Shown: one piece after another, positions 8,118 through 16,728 of the stretch
Layout of the letters: every line of letters begins with the position of its first letter
Position numbering within the stretch: position 1 is the first letter of the stretch
Assembly: GCA_963825905.1 (NCBI GenBank)
Contig: CAWGUL010000008.1
Coordinates: 12,944 to 76,943, forward strand
Direction: 5' to 3'
DNA from: an uncultured Chloroflexia bacterium
GTDB lineage: Bacteria > Chloroflexota > Limnocylindria > QHBO01
Length of the DNA stretch: 64,000 nucleotides
The notes under the pieces: generated by a model
Told to the model about the DNA's origin: nothing
The model's database searches: none
What the model saw: the letters and a program-made list of their open reading frames with translations, nothing else
Translations under genes and position numbers: made by a program

Positions 8118-9889
8118 CCCAGCGCCTGACGGGCGCCGAGCTCGTGGTCGAGCATCTCGTTCGCCAGGGCGTGCGCTTCGCAGCCGGCATCCCGGGCCAT
8201 GGCTGCTGGACCCTCACCGACGCGCTCCTCGACCGCGCCGACGCGATCCGCACCGTCCAGGTCATGCATGAGCAGTCCGCCGTCCACCTCGCCGATGGCT
8301 ACTACCGCGCCAGCGGCGACCCGATGCTGGCCTTCACGAGCATCGGTCCGGGGGCGACGAACACGGTGATCGGGATGGCGACCGCGTACGTCGACTCTAC
8401 CGCGGTGGCGCTGTTCACCGGCTCGCCGCACACGTACCTGCGCGGCCGTGGCCTGCTCCAGGAGCTCGACCGCCGCCACGTGGCCGACAACCCGCGCATC
8501 TTCGAGCCGGTGGTGAAGGAGTGGTGGCAGCCGTCGCGCGTCGACGAGCTCCCCTTCGTCCTCGACCGCGCCTGGAACGCGATGGGCTCCGGGCGGCCCG
8601 GTCCCGTGCTCCTGGATATCCCGATGGACGTGCAGGCTGGCGCGGCCGAGGTGAGCCTTCGCGATCCCGTGCCGGCGGGCCGGCCGCGTCCCGACGCCGA
8701 CCTCGTCGAGCGCGCCGCGCGTCTCCTGGCCGGCGCCCAGCGGCCGGTCATCGTGGCCGGCGGCGGCGTGATCTCCTCCGAGGCGACGCCCGAGCTCCGG
8801 GCGCTCGCCGAGCGGCTCGGGGCGCCGGTTGTCACGACCTGGAACGGCAAGGGCGCGATCGACGAGACGCATCCGCTCGCCGGGCTGACGATCGGTGACA
8901 CCGGCTCGACGATCGGGAATGCGCTCGCCGCGTCCGCCGACGTGATCCTTTCCGTCGGCTGCCGCTTCGTGGACTGGTCGGCGTCGTCCTGGCGAGCCGG
9001 CGTCACGTTCGCGATCCCGCCCGCGCAGCTCATCCAGCTCGAGATCGACCCGCGCGAGATGGGGAAGACCTACCCGGCGACCGTGCCGCTCGTCGGCGAC
9101 GCGCAGGCCGGCCTCGCGGACCTCGTCGCCGCGCTCGGGCGGGGCACGCCGGCCACGGCCTACGGCGAGGAGATCGAGACGCTGCGCGCGGCGTGGCATG
9201 CGCAGGTCGAGCTGAAGTCCGGGTCCGACGCCTCGCCGATGACGATGGCCCGCGCCGTGCGCGAGGTGCAGGCCGCGACGCGTGACGACGCGATCGTGGT
9301 GACCGGCGCCGGCCTGCCGCAGGGCATGGTGAAGCAGCGCTGGGTGACACGGCAGCCGCGGACGCACCTCACCTCCGGCGGCTTCAGCAGCATGGGCTTC
9401 ACCCTTCCCGCCGCCATCGGGGCGCAGCTCGCGAAACCGGACACCCAGGTGGTCGCCGTGTGCGGGGACGGCGACTTCCTGCAGACGATGCAGGAGCTCG
9501 CCACGGCCGCGATGCTCGGCGTGCCTGTCTGCACGGTGGTGCTCGACAACTCCGGCTGGATCAGCATCAAGGGCGGCCAGCAGGTTCATTTCGGACGCAC
9601 GGCGGCGACCGATTTCCTCCGCGGCGGCGCTCCCTACTCGCCCGATTTCGCCACCATCGGCCGCGCGTTCGGCGTCCACACCGAGCTCGCGGCCGCGGCC
9701 GCTGACGTGCGGCCGGCCGTCGAACGGGCGCTCGCCTCCGACGGCCCGTCGCTCGTCCACGTGCGCGTGGATCGCGAGCTCGAGGTCGCCGGTCCCGACA
9801 AGACGGGCTGGTGGGACGTCCCGGTGCCCGAGGGCCGGCCGGCGTACGAGGAGCAGCTCCGCGGGCGGCTCGAGGAGCAGGCGCGATGA
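8111..9889 (+). CDS. iolD: Thiamine-diphosphate-dependent enzyme, IolD-like (3D-(3,5/4)-trihydroxycyclohexane-1,2-dione acylhydrolase candidate)
   Basis: 592 aa. The N-terminal TPP-pyrimidine domain is present (GAELVVEHLVRQGV..HEQSAVHLADGY). TPP-binding motif GDGDFLQTMQELATAAMLGVPVCTVVLDNSGW. The IolD assignment rests on neighbouring iolB/E/G-like genes. TPP enzyme is certain; the specific function is not. Confidence 0.65.
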   Translation: MPSQRLTGAELVVEHLVRQGVRFAAGIPGHGCWTLTDALLDRADAIRTVQVMHEQSAVHLADGYYRASGDPMLAFTSIGPGATNTVIGMATAYVDSTAVALFTGSPHTYLRGRGLLQELDRRHVADNPRIFEPVVKEWWQPSRVDELPFVLDRAWNAMGSGRPGPVLLDIPMDVQAGAAEVSLRDPVPAGRPRPDADLVERAARLLAGAQRPVIVAGGGVISSEATPELRALAERLGAPVVTTWNGKGAIDETHPLAGLTIGDTGSTIGNALAASADVILSVGCRFVDWSASSWRAGVTFAIPPAQLIQLEIDPREMGKTYPATVPLVGDAQAGLADLVAALGRGTPATAYGEEIETLRAAWHAQVELKSGSDASPMTMARAVREVQAATRDDAIVVTGAGLPQGMVKQRWVTRQPRTHLTSGGFSSMGFTLPAAIGAQLAKPDTQVVAVCGDGDFLQTMQELATAAMLGVPVCTVVLDNSGWISIKGGQQVHFGRTAATDFLRGGAPYSPDFATIGRAFGVHTELAAAAADVRPAVERALASDGPSLVHVRVDRELEVAGPDKTGWWDVPVPEGRPAYEEQLRGRLEEQAR

Positions 9890-9916
9890 GCCTCCTCGGG
9901 CGCGCCGATCGGCTGC

Positions 9917-10783
9917 GTGCCGATCGTGTGGAACAACGTCGACCTGCCCGACCTGGGACCGCCGGTTCCCTACGCGGAGATCCTCGACGCCTACGTGGCG
10001 CTGGGGTACGAAGGTACCCAGCACGGCCGCGACTTCCCGGAGGGCGAGGCGCTGCACGCCGAGCTGGCACGGCGCGGCCTGCGGTTCGCCGAGCTCTACT
10101 CCGCGATCGACTCGGACGTCGACGGGCTGCCGCGCGGCGCCGGCGACATCGCGCGGCGCGACCTCGGCCGGCTGATCGCGGCGCACGGGGAGGTGCTCAA
10201 CGTTGCGCTGGATGGCGGCGGCGTACGTGACCGGTGGAGCGGTCGGGTGGCGGAGGGCGCTCCCCGCTGGCCGGCGAGCGCGTTCGACGAGCTTGCCGCG
10301 CTCCTCGGCGAGCTCGCGACCACCGCACCGGACGGGGTGCGCGTGAGCTTCCACCCGCACACGGCCACGTTCGTCGAGGCGCCCGATGAGGTGGACGAGC
10401 TCGCGCGCCGCCTGCAAGGCACCGGTGCCGGCATCTGCCTCGACGTCGGCCACTTCATCGTCGGCGGCGGCGATCCGGTGGCCGCACTGCGCGAGTACGG
10501 CGAGCTGATCACGCACATCCACGTCAAGGACGTCGACCCCGCCGTGCTGGAGCGGCTGCGGGCCGGTGAGATCGACGGCTTCATGGGCGCGGTCCGGGAG
10601 CGGATCTTCACCGAGCCGGGCAACGGGATGCTCGACCTCGACGGCGTGCTTGCCGAGCTCGCCGCGCGCGACTACGACGGGTGGCTCATGGTCGAGCAGG
10701 ACTCGTCATGGCTGCCGCCGGTCGAGGCGGCACGGATCGGGATCGAGGCGGTGCGAACGCGCGTCGGACGCATGGACCGATGA
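9917..10783 (+). CDS. iolE: Xylose-isomerase-like TIM-barrel protein, inosose dehydratase (IolE)-like
   Basis: N-terminus PIVWNNVDLPDLG resembles the IolE GWRNDDIPEIG motif. Sugar-phosphate isomerase/epimerase fold features are present (HPH.., HIHVKD, MVEQD). Start uncertain (see finding). Confidence 0.65.
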   Translation: MPIVWNNVDLPDLGPPVPYAEILDAYVALGYEGTQHGRDFPEGEALHAELARRGLRFAELYSAIDSDVDGLPRGAGDIARRDLGRLIAAHGEVLNVALDGGGVRDRWSGRVAEGAPRWPASAFDELAALLGELATTAPDGVRVSFHPHTATFVEAPDEVDELARRLQGTGAGICLDVGHFIVGGGDPVAALREYGELITHIHVKDVDPAVLERLRAGEIDGFMGAVRERIFTEPGNGMLDLDGVLAELAARDYDGWLMVEQDSSWLPPVEAARIGIEAVRTRVGRMDR

Positions 10784-11781
10784 GGGTTGCCGTCATCGGC
10801 GCGGGATCGATGGGCGCGTTCCACGCCGAGGTGCTCGGCGCGATGTCCGATGTGGAGCTGTTCGTCATCGACGTGGATGCCGCTCGGGCATCGATGGTCG
10901 CCCAACGCGCGGGCGGCAGCGCCATCGGTCTCGACAAGGCGATGGAGCGCGCCGAGGCGCTCGTCGTGGCGACGCCACCCGAGTACCACGCCGCGGCGGT
11001 TGAGGTGGCGCTCGAGCGCGGCATCCACATCCTGTGCGAGAAGCCGCTCACCGCCGACCTGGCATCCTCGATCGAGGTCGCCAGGCGCGGCTCGGCGCGC
11101 GGCGCGCACCTCGAGGTCGGCTTCCAGCGCCGCCACGACCCCGGCTACGTCGCCCTCCGCGAAGCGGTCAACGGGCGACGGATCCACCTCGTGCGCATGA
11201 CGGCCATGGACCCACGCTTCGAGCCGCCCGGCCTCGACGCGTGGCCGGCGTCGGAGGTGGCGCCGATCTTCCGCGACTCGTCGATCCACGACTTCGACTT
11301 CGTGCGCTGGGTCAGCGGCCAGGAGGTCGAGTCGGTGAGCGTGGAGGCCAGCCGGCGGGACGAGGCACGACCCGACGACCCGCGCGGGATCGAGACCGCG
11401 ATCGTCACGATGCGCCTCAGCGGTGGCACGCTCGCCGTCCTCGAGGCGACGTGGCTCCATCCCGGCGGGTACGACAACCGGGTCGAGGTGCTGGCGGACG
11501 GCGTCGCCGCGACGGCCGGCCTGTCGCCGCGCACGCCGGCCCGCCACCTCGACTGGCCCGGCATCAGCGCCGACGGCACCTGGTCCGGCTATCTCGACCG
11601 CTTCGCCGCCGCCTATGCCGCCGAGATGACCGCCTTCCTGGCGGCCGTGCGCGGCGAGCGTCCGCCGTCGAGCTCGGCACGCGACGGCGTGGAGGCGATG
11701 CGCATCGCGGTGGCCGCCACGCGCGCCCACGTGGAGCGTCGGACCGTCCTGCTGACCGAGGTTCCGGGCGGCACGGCCTGA
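10780..11781 (+). CDS. Gfo/Idh/MocA family NAD(P)-dependent oxidoreductase (inositol 2-dehydrogenase-like)
   Basis: MRVAVIGAGSMGAFHAEVL Rossmann N-terminus and the EKP motif (ILCEKPLT). ATGA overlap with the upstream stop at 10780-10783. Confidence 0.8.
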   Translation: MRVAVIGAGSMGAFHAEVLGAMSDVELFVIDVDAARASMVAQRAGGSAIGLDKAMERAEALVVATPPEYHAAAVEVALERGIHILCEKPLTADLASSIEVARRGSARGAHLEVGFQRRHDPGYVALREAVNGRRIHLVRMTAMDPRFEPPGLDAWPASEVAPIFRDSSIHDFDFVRWVSGQEVESVSVEASRRDEARPDDPRGIETAIVTMRLSGGTLAVLEATWLHPGGYDNRVEVLADGVAATAGLSPRTPARHLDWPGISADGTWSGYLDRFAAAYAAEMTAFLAAVRGERPPSSSARDGVEAMRIAVAATRAHVERRTVLLTEVPGGTA

Positions 11782-11796
11782 CCGAGCGATCGGCCC

Positions 11797-13317
11797 ATGG
11801 CCGCCACCGAATCCGTGGCGCATACTCCGCACCGCGACGCCCGACCACGTCGCATTCGGGTTCGCCCCGAGAGCGAGCCGACGGAGGACCAGGTGACCAT
11901 CTCCGCGCCACGGATCGCGGTGCTGGAGGACGACCCCGCCTTTCGCGAGGTCCTGCTCGCGATCCTCGATGACCAGCAGCTCGCCGGGGTGGTGCTCGAT
12001 CCCGGCGCGGGCGCCATCGCGCAGCTCCTCGAGCTGCGGCCGCATGTCGCGATCATCGACTGGCACCTCGTCGGGATGGGAACGTCGGAGACGGCCGAGG
12101 AGCTGCTGCGCGACATCGCCGCCGATCCCGACCTGGCGGCGATGAGGACGATCCTGTGCTCGGGCGACATGACAGCGGCGCGCGAGATCGGCCCGTCGAT
12201 CATGGCCGCCGTGGATCTCGTGGTGCTCGAGAAGCCGTTCGACGTGGACACCTTCGTCGGCGTGCTCGAGCGGGCGCTCCGGCGGGCCGGAGTGGCAGAG
12301 GACACGACGCTGACCGTCGCGCTCCCGCGGCCGGCGCCGAACCCGGAGATCGCCGGCCGGCTCGGTGGCGCGAGTGTCCATGCGCAGGCGATCGCGCTGC
12401 TCGAGGCTGCGCGGCGCACCGGCGACTGGGTGACCGCCGACCTGTGGCTGCTCGACGAGGACATGCTGCGCTGCGTCGAGGCGCTCCCCGACGGACCCGA
12501 GGCGGCGTTCGCGGCGGTGAGCCGAGCGATGCCGATGCTGCCGGGCTTCGGCCTTCCGGGGCGGGTCCAGGTCAGCGGCCGGCCCGCCTGGATCGCCGAC
12601 CTGGCGGCGGACCGGAACTTCCCGCGCCACGCCTTCGCCCGTGACGCCGGGCTTCGCTCCGCGGCCGGTGTCCCGCTCCTCGTGGAGCCACCGCTGCGCG
12701 GTGCCTCCGCTCCTTCAGCGCCGCCGACGGTGATCGGTGGGCTCTGCGTCTACGGCACCGCACCGCTCGCGCGGGACGACGAGCAGCTCGCCGCCATCTG
12801 GGCCCTCGCGCTGGGCGCCGCAGACTGGGCGGCGGTGAGCCGCGAGCCGCTTCTCCAGCCGCCGGCGCTGCTCGCCGAGATCGAGCCGCTCATCGAGCGG
12901 GCCCTTGCGCACGGCGACCTCGTCGTCGTCGATACGCGGGCGGCGAACGGTCAGCTGTACCGGCTGGTGACCGCGCACCGCGACCCGGAGCGCCAGCTGC
13001 TCGCGCGCCGCCTGGCCGCATTCCAGGCTGTCGGAGCCGGGCCGGCGGGGGTCGCCGCGCGCACGGGCCAGGCGCAGCGCGTCGCCCCGAGCGCCTCGCA
13101 GTTCCAGGCCTGGGCGCGTTCGCCGGAGCACCTCACACTCATGCACGCCCTCGAGGCGCGCGCGATCGTGTCGCTCCCCCTGCGCGCCGCCGACGGGACG
13201 ATCGTCGGCGTGCTGACGCTCACCACGAACCGCCCGAGCGGCTTCAGCGAGGGTGACGAGCGAGCGTTGGCCGACCTCGCCGTCTCCCTCGGCGCGGTGC
13301 TCGAGCGGCACGCCTGA
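11797..13317 (+). CDS. Response-regulator receiver domain followed by two GAF domains; no recognisable DNA-binding or enzymatic output
   Basis: REC: RIAVLEDD.., HVAIIDWHL (phospho-Asp), CSG, EKPF. GAF-like: GLPGRVQVSGRPAWIADL..RDAGLRSAAGVPLL and ..ARAIVSLPLRAADGTIVGVLTLT. The start may be the internal GTG (VTISAPRIAV). Confidence 0.75.
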   Translation: MAATESVAHTPHRDARPRRIRVRPESEPTEDQVTISAPRIAVLEDDPAFREVLLAILDDQQLAGVVLDPGAGAIAQLLELRPHVAIIDWHLVGMGTSETAEELLRDIAADPDLAAMRTILCSGDMTAAREIGPSIMAAVDLVVLEKPFDVDTFVGVLERALRRAGVAEDTTLTVALPRPAPNPEIAGRLGGASVHAQAIALLEAARRTGDWVTADLWLLDEDMLRCVEALPDGPEAAFAAVSRAMPMLPGFGLPGRVQVSGRPAWIADLAADRNFPRHAFARDAGLRSAAGVPLLVEPPLRGASAPSAPPTVIGGLCVYGTAPLARDDEQLAAIWALALGAADWAAVSREPLLQPPALLAEIEPLIERALAHGDLVVVDTRAANGQLYRLVTAHRDPERQLLARRLAAFQAVGAGPAGVAARTGQAQRVAPSASQFQAWARSPEHLTLMHALEARAIVSLPLRAADGTIVGVLTLTTNRPSGFSEGDERALADLAVSLGAVLERHA

Positions 13318-13328
13318 CGGCGTGCGGG

Positions 13329-14534
13329 TCAGCGCCCGAGGGGCGCGAACCCGAGCCAGCCGGGCGAGACCTCGGCGAGCAGATCGGCGGCAAGCGCCGG
13401 GTCGGCACCTATCCGCCAATCGATGACGGCGTGCACCTCCGCCTCGTCCTTGCGCCACTCGAACCAGTTGATCATCCGGATCCGCGGGAAGCGGCCGCGA
13501 GTCTCGGGCGCGAAGACCTGGCGCCACCACGCCTCCTTGACCTGCCGCTCGGACGGGCCCGGACCGGCGGGATCGTAGAGCGCGGCCGTCTCCGTGATCG
13601 CCATCGGCTTGTCGTGGCCGTCGGCGTACGTGGCGTAGAAGTCGGGCACCTGCGTCTCGTCGCCGTTGAGACCGGTGTACGTGCCGGTCAGGCGCGTGGC
13701 GAAGGCGCCGTCCTCCGGGACCTCGTTCTCGCCCCACGGATGCGCGTTGCCCCAGTGATAGAGGCTCATGCCGACCCAGTCGACCGCGTCATCCCCGGGG
13801 TAGTACGGCGCGTAGGGATCGTCCGCCATCGTCATGGAGCCATCGTGGTTCGTGTCGAGTGCGGCAAAGTCATCGGTCCCGGCGGCGGCCTGGTATGGCC
13901 CGCCGAGGAACGGGTAGCCGGCACCGTAGTTCGGCGCCCACACCATGGCCCCGAACGGGGTGGCGGCATGGACGGCGGTGGCCACACGCCGGAATGCCGC
14001 GACGTAGGCCGATGGCTGCTGCGACCACGCGTACCAGGAGCCGTTCATCTCATGCGCGAAGCGGACCATCGTCGGCACGCCGCGCCCCGCCCAGTCCCCG
14101 ACGAGCGTCGCGAGGTCCGCGATCGCGGCATCGCTGACCGATGCCAAACCGGCGTTCGGCTCCAGCGTGATGAGCGCCATGCCGTGGACCGCGGCCACCT
14201 GTCCGTAGAACGCGTCGAGGTTGGCGCGCGCGGCCGCGTCCCAAGGAAAGGCGACGAACTGCACCCACACCGCCGGGGTGACACCGAGCCGAGCGCTCAC
14301 CGCCGCGACGCTGTCGTTCGCCCAGTCGAGGTTCATCCCGAAGAGCGTGCCGGCCGTTTCGAGGCGGGCCGGCCCGAAGCTCGGCATCGCGTTGCCAGTC
14401 GGGACCGCCGCCGCGCTGGGAGTCGCCGCCCCGGGACTGGACGCATAGCCCGCACTCGGGCGCACGCTGGCCGCCCCACCGCCTGCCGAGCAGGCGGCGA
14501 GCACGAGCGTCAGGAGGAGGGCCGCGCGTCGCAC
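13329..14534 (-). CDS. Glycoside hydrolase family 26-like (beta-mannanase fold) lipoprotein
   Basis: RFAHEMNGSWYAW (acid/base Glu motif) and MAITETAAL (nucleophile Glu). Signal/lipobox VRRAALLLTLVLAAC from GTG at 14534. The track start at 14735 gives an Arg-rich extension. Confidence 0.75.
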   Translation of the reverse strand: MRRAALLLTLVLAACSAGGGAASVRPSAGYASSPGAATPSAAAVPTGNAMPSFGPARLETAGTLFGMNLDWANDSVAAVSARLGVTPAVWVQFVAFPWDAAARANLDAFYGQVAAVHGMALITLEPNAGLASVSDAAIADLATLVGDWAGRGVPTMVRFAHEMNGSWYAWSQQPSAYVAAFRRVATAVHAATPFGAMVWAPNYGAGYPFLGGPYQAAAGTDDFAALDTNHDGSMTMADDPYAPYYPGDDAVDWVGMSLYHWGNAHPWGENEVPEDGAFATRLTGTYTGLNGDETQVPDFYATYADGHDKPMAITETAALYDPAGPGPSERQVKEAWWRQVFAPETRGRFPRIRMINWFEWRKDEAEVHAVIDWRIGADPALAADLLAEVSPGWLGFAPLGR

Positions 14535-14722
14535 GACGGCATGATCGTGGTGCGCGGACGCGCCACACCATGGCCCGATGGTCCCGCGTCGCGTGCGTCG
14601 GCGGCGTGCGCATCGGCGCGCGTCCGCGGCCGGAACGTCGTCAACCTGGTGCTTGCGTGCCCGCGGCGCACGCGCAACCGGCTCTCGTCCCCTCCCCCTC
14701 GCACCGCGTACCCTCCCTTCCC

Positions 14723-15865
14723 ATGACCGATGCACAGCGGCACCTCGACCACGCCCGCGAGCTCCTGCGCGCCCATCCGGTCTTCGACGGCCACAACGAC
14801 CTGCCGTGGGCGATGCGCCGCGCCATCGGTCCGAACGGCGACCTCGACACGTACGACATCACCGTGGCCACCCCCGGCCATACCGATCTGCCGCGCCTGC
14901 GCGCGGGTGGCGTCGGCGCGCAGTTCTGGAGCGTCTACGTCCCGGTCGTGAACCGCACCTCCGAGACGAGCTACGCGGCGCGCCAGCTCGAGCAGATCGA
15001 CCTCGTGCGGCGGCTGATCGATCGGCATCCCGACGACCTCGCGTTCTGCACCACTGCGGACGAGGTCGAGGCGGCGATCGCCGGCGGCCGCATCGCCAGC
15101 CTGCTCGGCATGGAGGGCGGGCACGTGATCGAGGACTCCCTCGGGACGTTGCGGATGTTTCGCGAGCTGGGTGCCGCGTACCTGACGCTCACCCACTCCG
15201 CGACGACCGGCTGGGCGGACTCGGCGACCGATGCGCCACGCCACGGCGGTCTCTCCCCGTTCGGTCGGGACGTGGTGCGCGAGATGAACCGCATGGGCAT
15301 GCTCGTCGACTGCTCGCACGTCTCGGCCGAGACGATGGCCGATGCGCTCGACACCTCGGCGGCGCCGATCATCTTCAGCCACTCGTCGGCGCGTGCGGTG
15401 TGCGACCACCCGCGCAACGTCCCCGACGACATCCTCGCCCGCATCCCGGGGAACGGCGGGATCTGTATGGTCACCTTCGTGGCGAGCTTCGTGTCACCGG
15501 CCACGGCGAAGGTCGTCGAACCGGTGATGGCTGAGCTGCGTCGCCGCGGCGAGGGACTGGGCATCCCCGAGATGCGCGCCCTCCAGGACGAGCTGCTGGC
15601 CGGACTGGACATTCCGCTCCCCGGCGTTGCCGAGGTGGCCGACCATGTCGACCATGTCGCACGGGTCGCGGGCCACCACCACGTGGGGCTGGGCGGCGAC
15701 TTCGACGGGACGACGCTCCTGCCCCACGGCCTCGAGGACGTGTCGTGCTACCCGCGGCTCATCGCCGAGCTCATCGGGCGCGGCTGGACCGACGAGCAGC
15801 TGGCCGGGCTCAACTGCCGCAACATGCTCCGTGTCATGCGGGCCGTGGAGTCGGCTGCCGGCTGA
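14723..15865 (+). CDS. Membrane dipeptidase (peptidase family M19)
   Basis: From the internal ATG: HPVFDGHNDLPWAMR, GGVGAQFWSVYVP, HLTLTHS-like LTLTHSATT, SHSSARAV, GLGGDFDG are hallmark M19 motifs. Confidence 0.85.
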   Translation: MTDAQRHLDHARELLRAHPVFDGHNDLPWAMRRAIGPNGDLDTYDITVATPGHTDLPRLRAGGVGAQFWSVYVPVVNRTSETSYAARQLEQIDLVRRLIDRHPDDLAFCTTADEVEAAIAGGRIASLLGMEGGHVIEDSLGTLRMFRELGAAYLTLTHSATTGWADSATDAPRHGGLSPFGRDVVREMNRMGMLVDCSHVSAETMADALDTSAAPIIFSHSSARAVCDHPRNVPDDILARIPGNGGICMVTFVASFVSPATAKVVEPVMAELRRRGEGLGIPEMRALQDELLAGLDIPLPGVAEVADHVDHVARVAGHHHVGLGGDFDGTTLLPHGLEDVSCYPRLIAELIGRGWTDEQLAGLNCRNMLRVMRAVESAAG

Positions 15866-15923
15866 CGCCCTCGGGCATACTGCGCGGCATGATGCGCGGC
15901 GGCGCCCGGGCCGTACTTCAGGC

Positions 15924-16712
15924 GTGACCGAGCATCTGCTGCCCCTCGCCGCCGGCCTCGGCGCGCTGCTCGTCGCCGCGACCCTCGTCTGGCTGCTCTC
16001 GCTGCGCCTCGACGACACGAGCGTGGTCGACATCTTCTGGGGGCCGTTCTTCCTCCTTCAGGCGATCGTCTATGCGCTCGTCACGCTGGACCGCGGCTTC
16101 ATCGGTCGCGAGGTCCTGCTGCTCGTGCTGGTGGCGGTGTGGTCCACGCGCCTGGCGACCCACATCGCGGGCCGCAATGCCGGCGCGCCCGAGGACCATC
16201 GGTACACGGTCATGCGCCGCAGGTTCGGCGCGGCCTGGCGCTGGCAGAGCCTGCCGCGGGTCTTCGTCCTGCAGGCGATCCTGGCCTGGATCATCGGGGT
16301 GCCGCTCTACGCCGTCATGAGCGGCGGCCCGCAGGGCTGGAGCTCGCTCGACGCGGTTGCCGTGGTGGTGTGGGCCGTCGGCTTCACGTTCGAGGCGCTC
16401 GGCGACGTCCAGCTCACGGCCTTCATCCGCAACCCCGCCAACCGGGGCCACACCATGCAGTCAGGCCTGTGGTCGGTCACGCGCCACCCGAACTACTTCG
16501 GCGACGCGACCCAGTGGTGGGCGTACTGGCTGCTCGCGGTGGCGGCCGGCGGCTGGTGGTCGATCTTCGGCCCCATCGCGATGACCTTCCTCATCGTCCG
16601 CATCTCCGGCGTGGGCATGCTCGAGCGCACGATCGCGCAGCGCCGCGAGGGCTACGAGGCGTACATGCGCCGCACCTCTGCCTTCATCCCATGGTTCCCA
16701 CGGGACCGATAG
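15924..16712 (+). CDS. DUF1295 / steroid 5-alpha-reductase-like membrane protein
   Basis: GTG at 15924. SVVDIFWGPFF, LWSVTRHPNYFGDATQWW and ISGVGMLE are typical of DUF1295. Confidence 0.75.
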   Translation: MTEHLLPLAAGLGALLVAATLVWLLSLRLDDTSVVDIFWGPFFLLQAIVYALVTLDRGFIGREVLLLVLVAVWSTRLATHIAGRNAGAPEDHRYTVMRRRFGAAWRWQSLPRVFVLQAILAWIIGVPLYAVMSGGPQGWSSLDAVAVVVWAVGFTFEALGDVQLTAFIRNPANRGHTMQSGLWSVTRHPNYFGDATQWWAYWLLAVAAGGWWSIFGPIAMTFLIVRISGVGMLERTIAQRREGYEAYMRRTSAFIPWFPRDR

Positions 16713-16728
16713 GAGCACGAACGAACCG

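Noticed and set aside
7895-10522. 875-aa ORF on the minus strand, one of the longest in the track
   Set aside because: It lies antisense to the well-supported IolD-like and IolE-like genes. Its translation is Arg/Ala/Gly/Pro/His-rich with no motifs. This is a typical shadow ORF in high-GC DNA. The same reasoning applies to 10672-12630 (-), 3708-5135 (-), 36312-37586 (-) and 16684-18141 (-).
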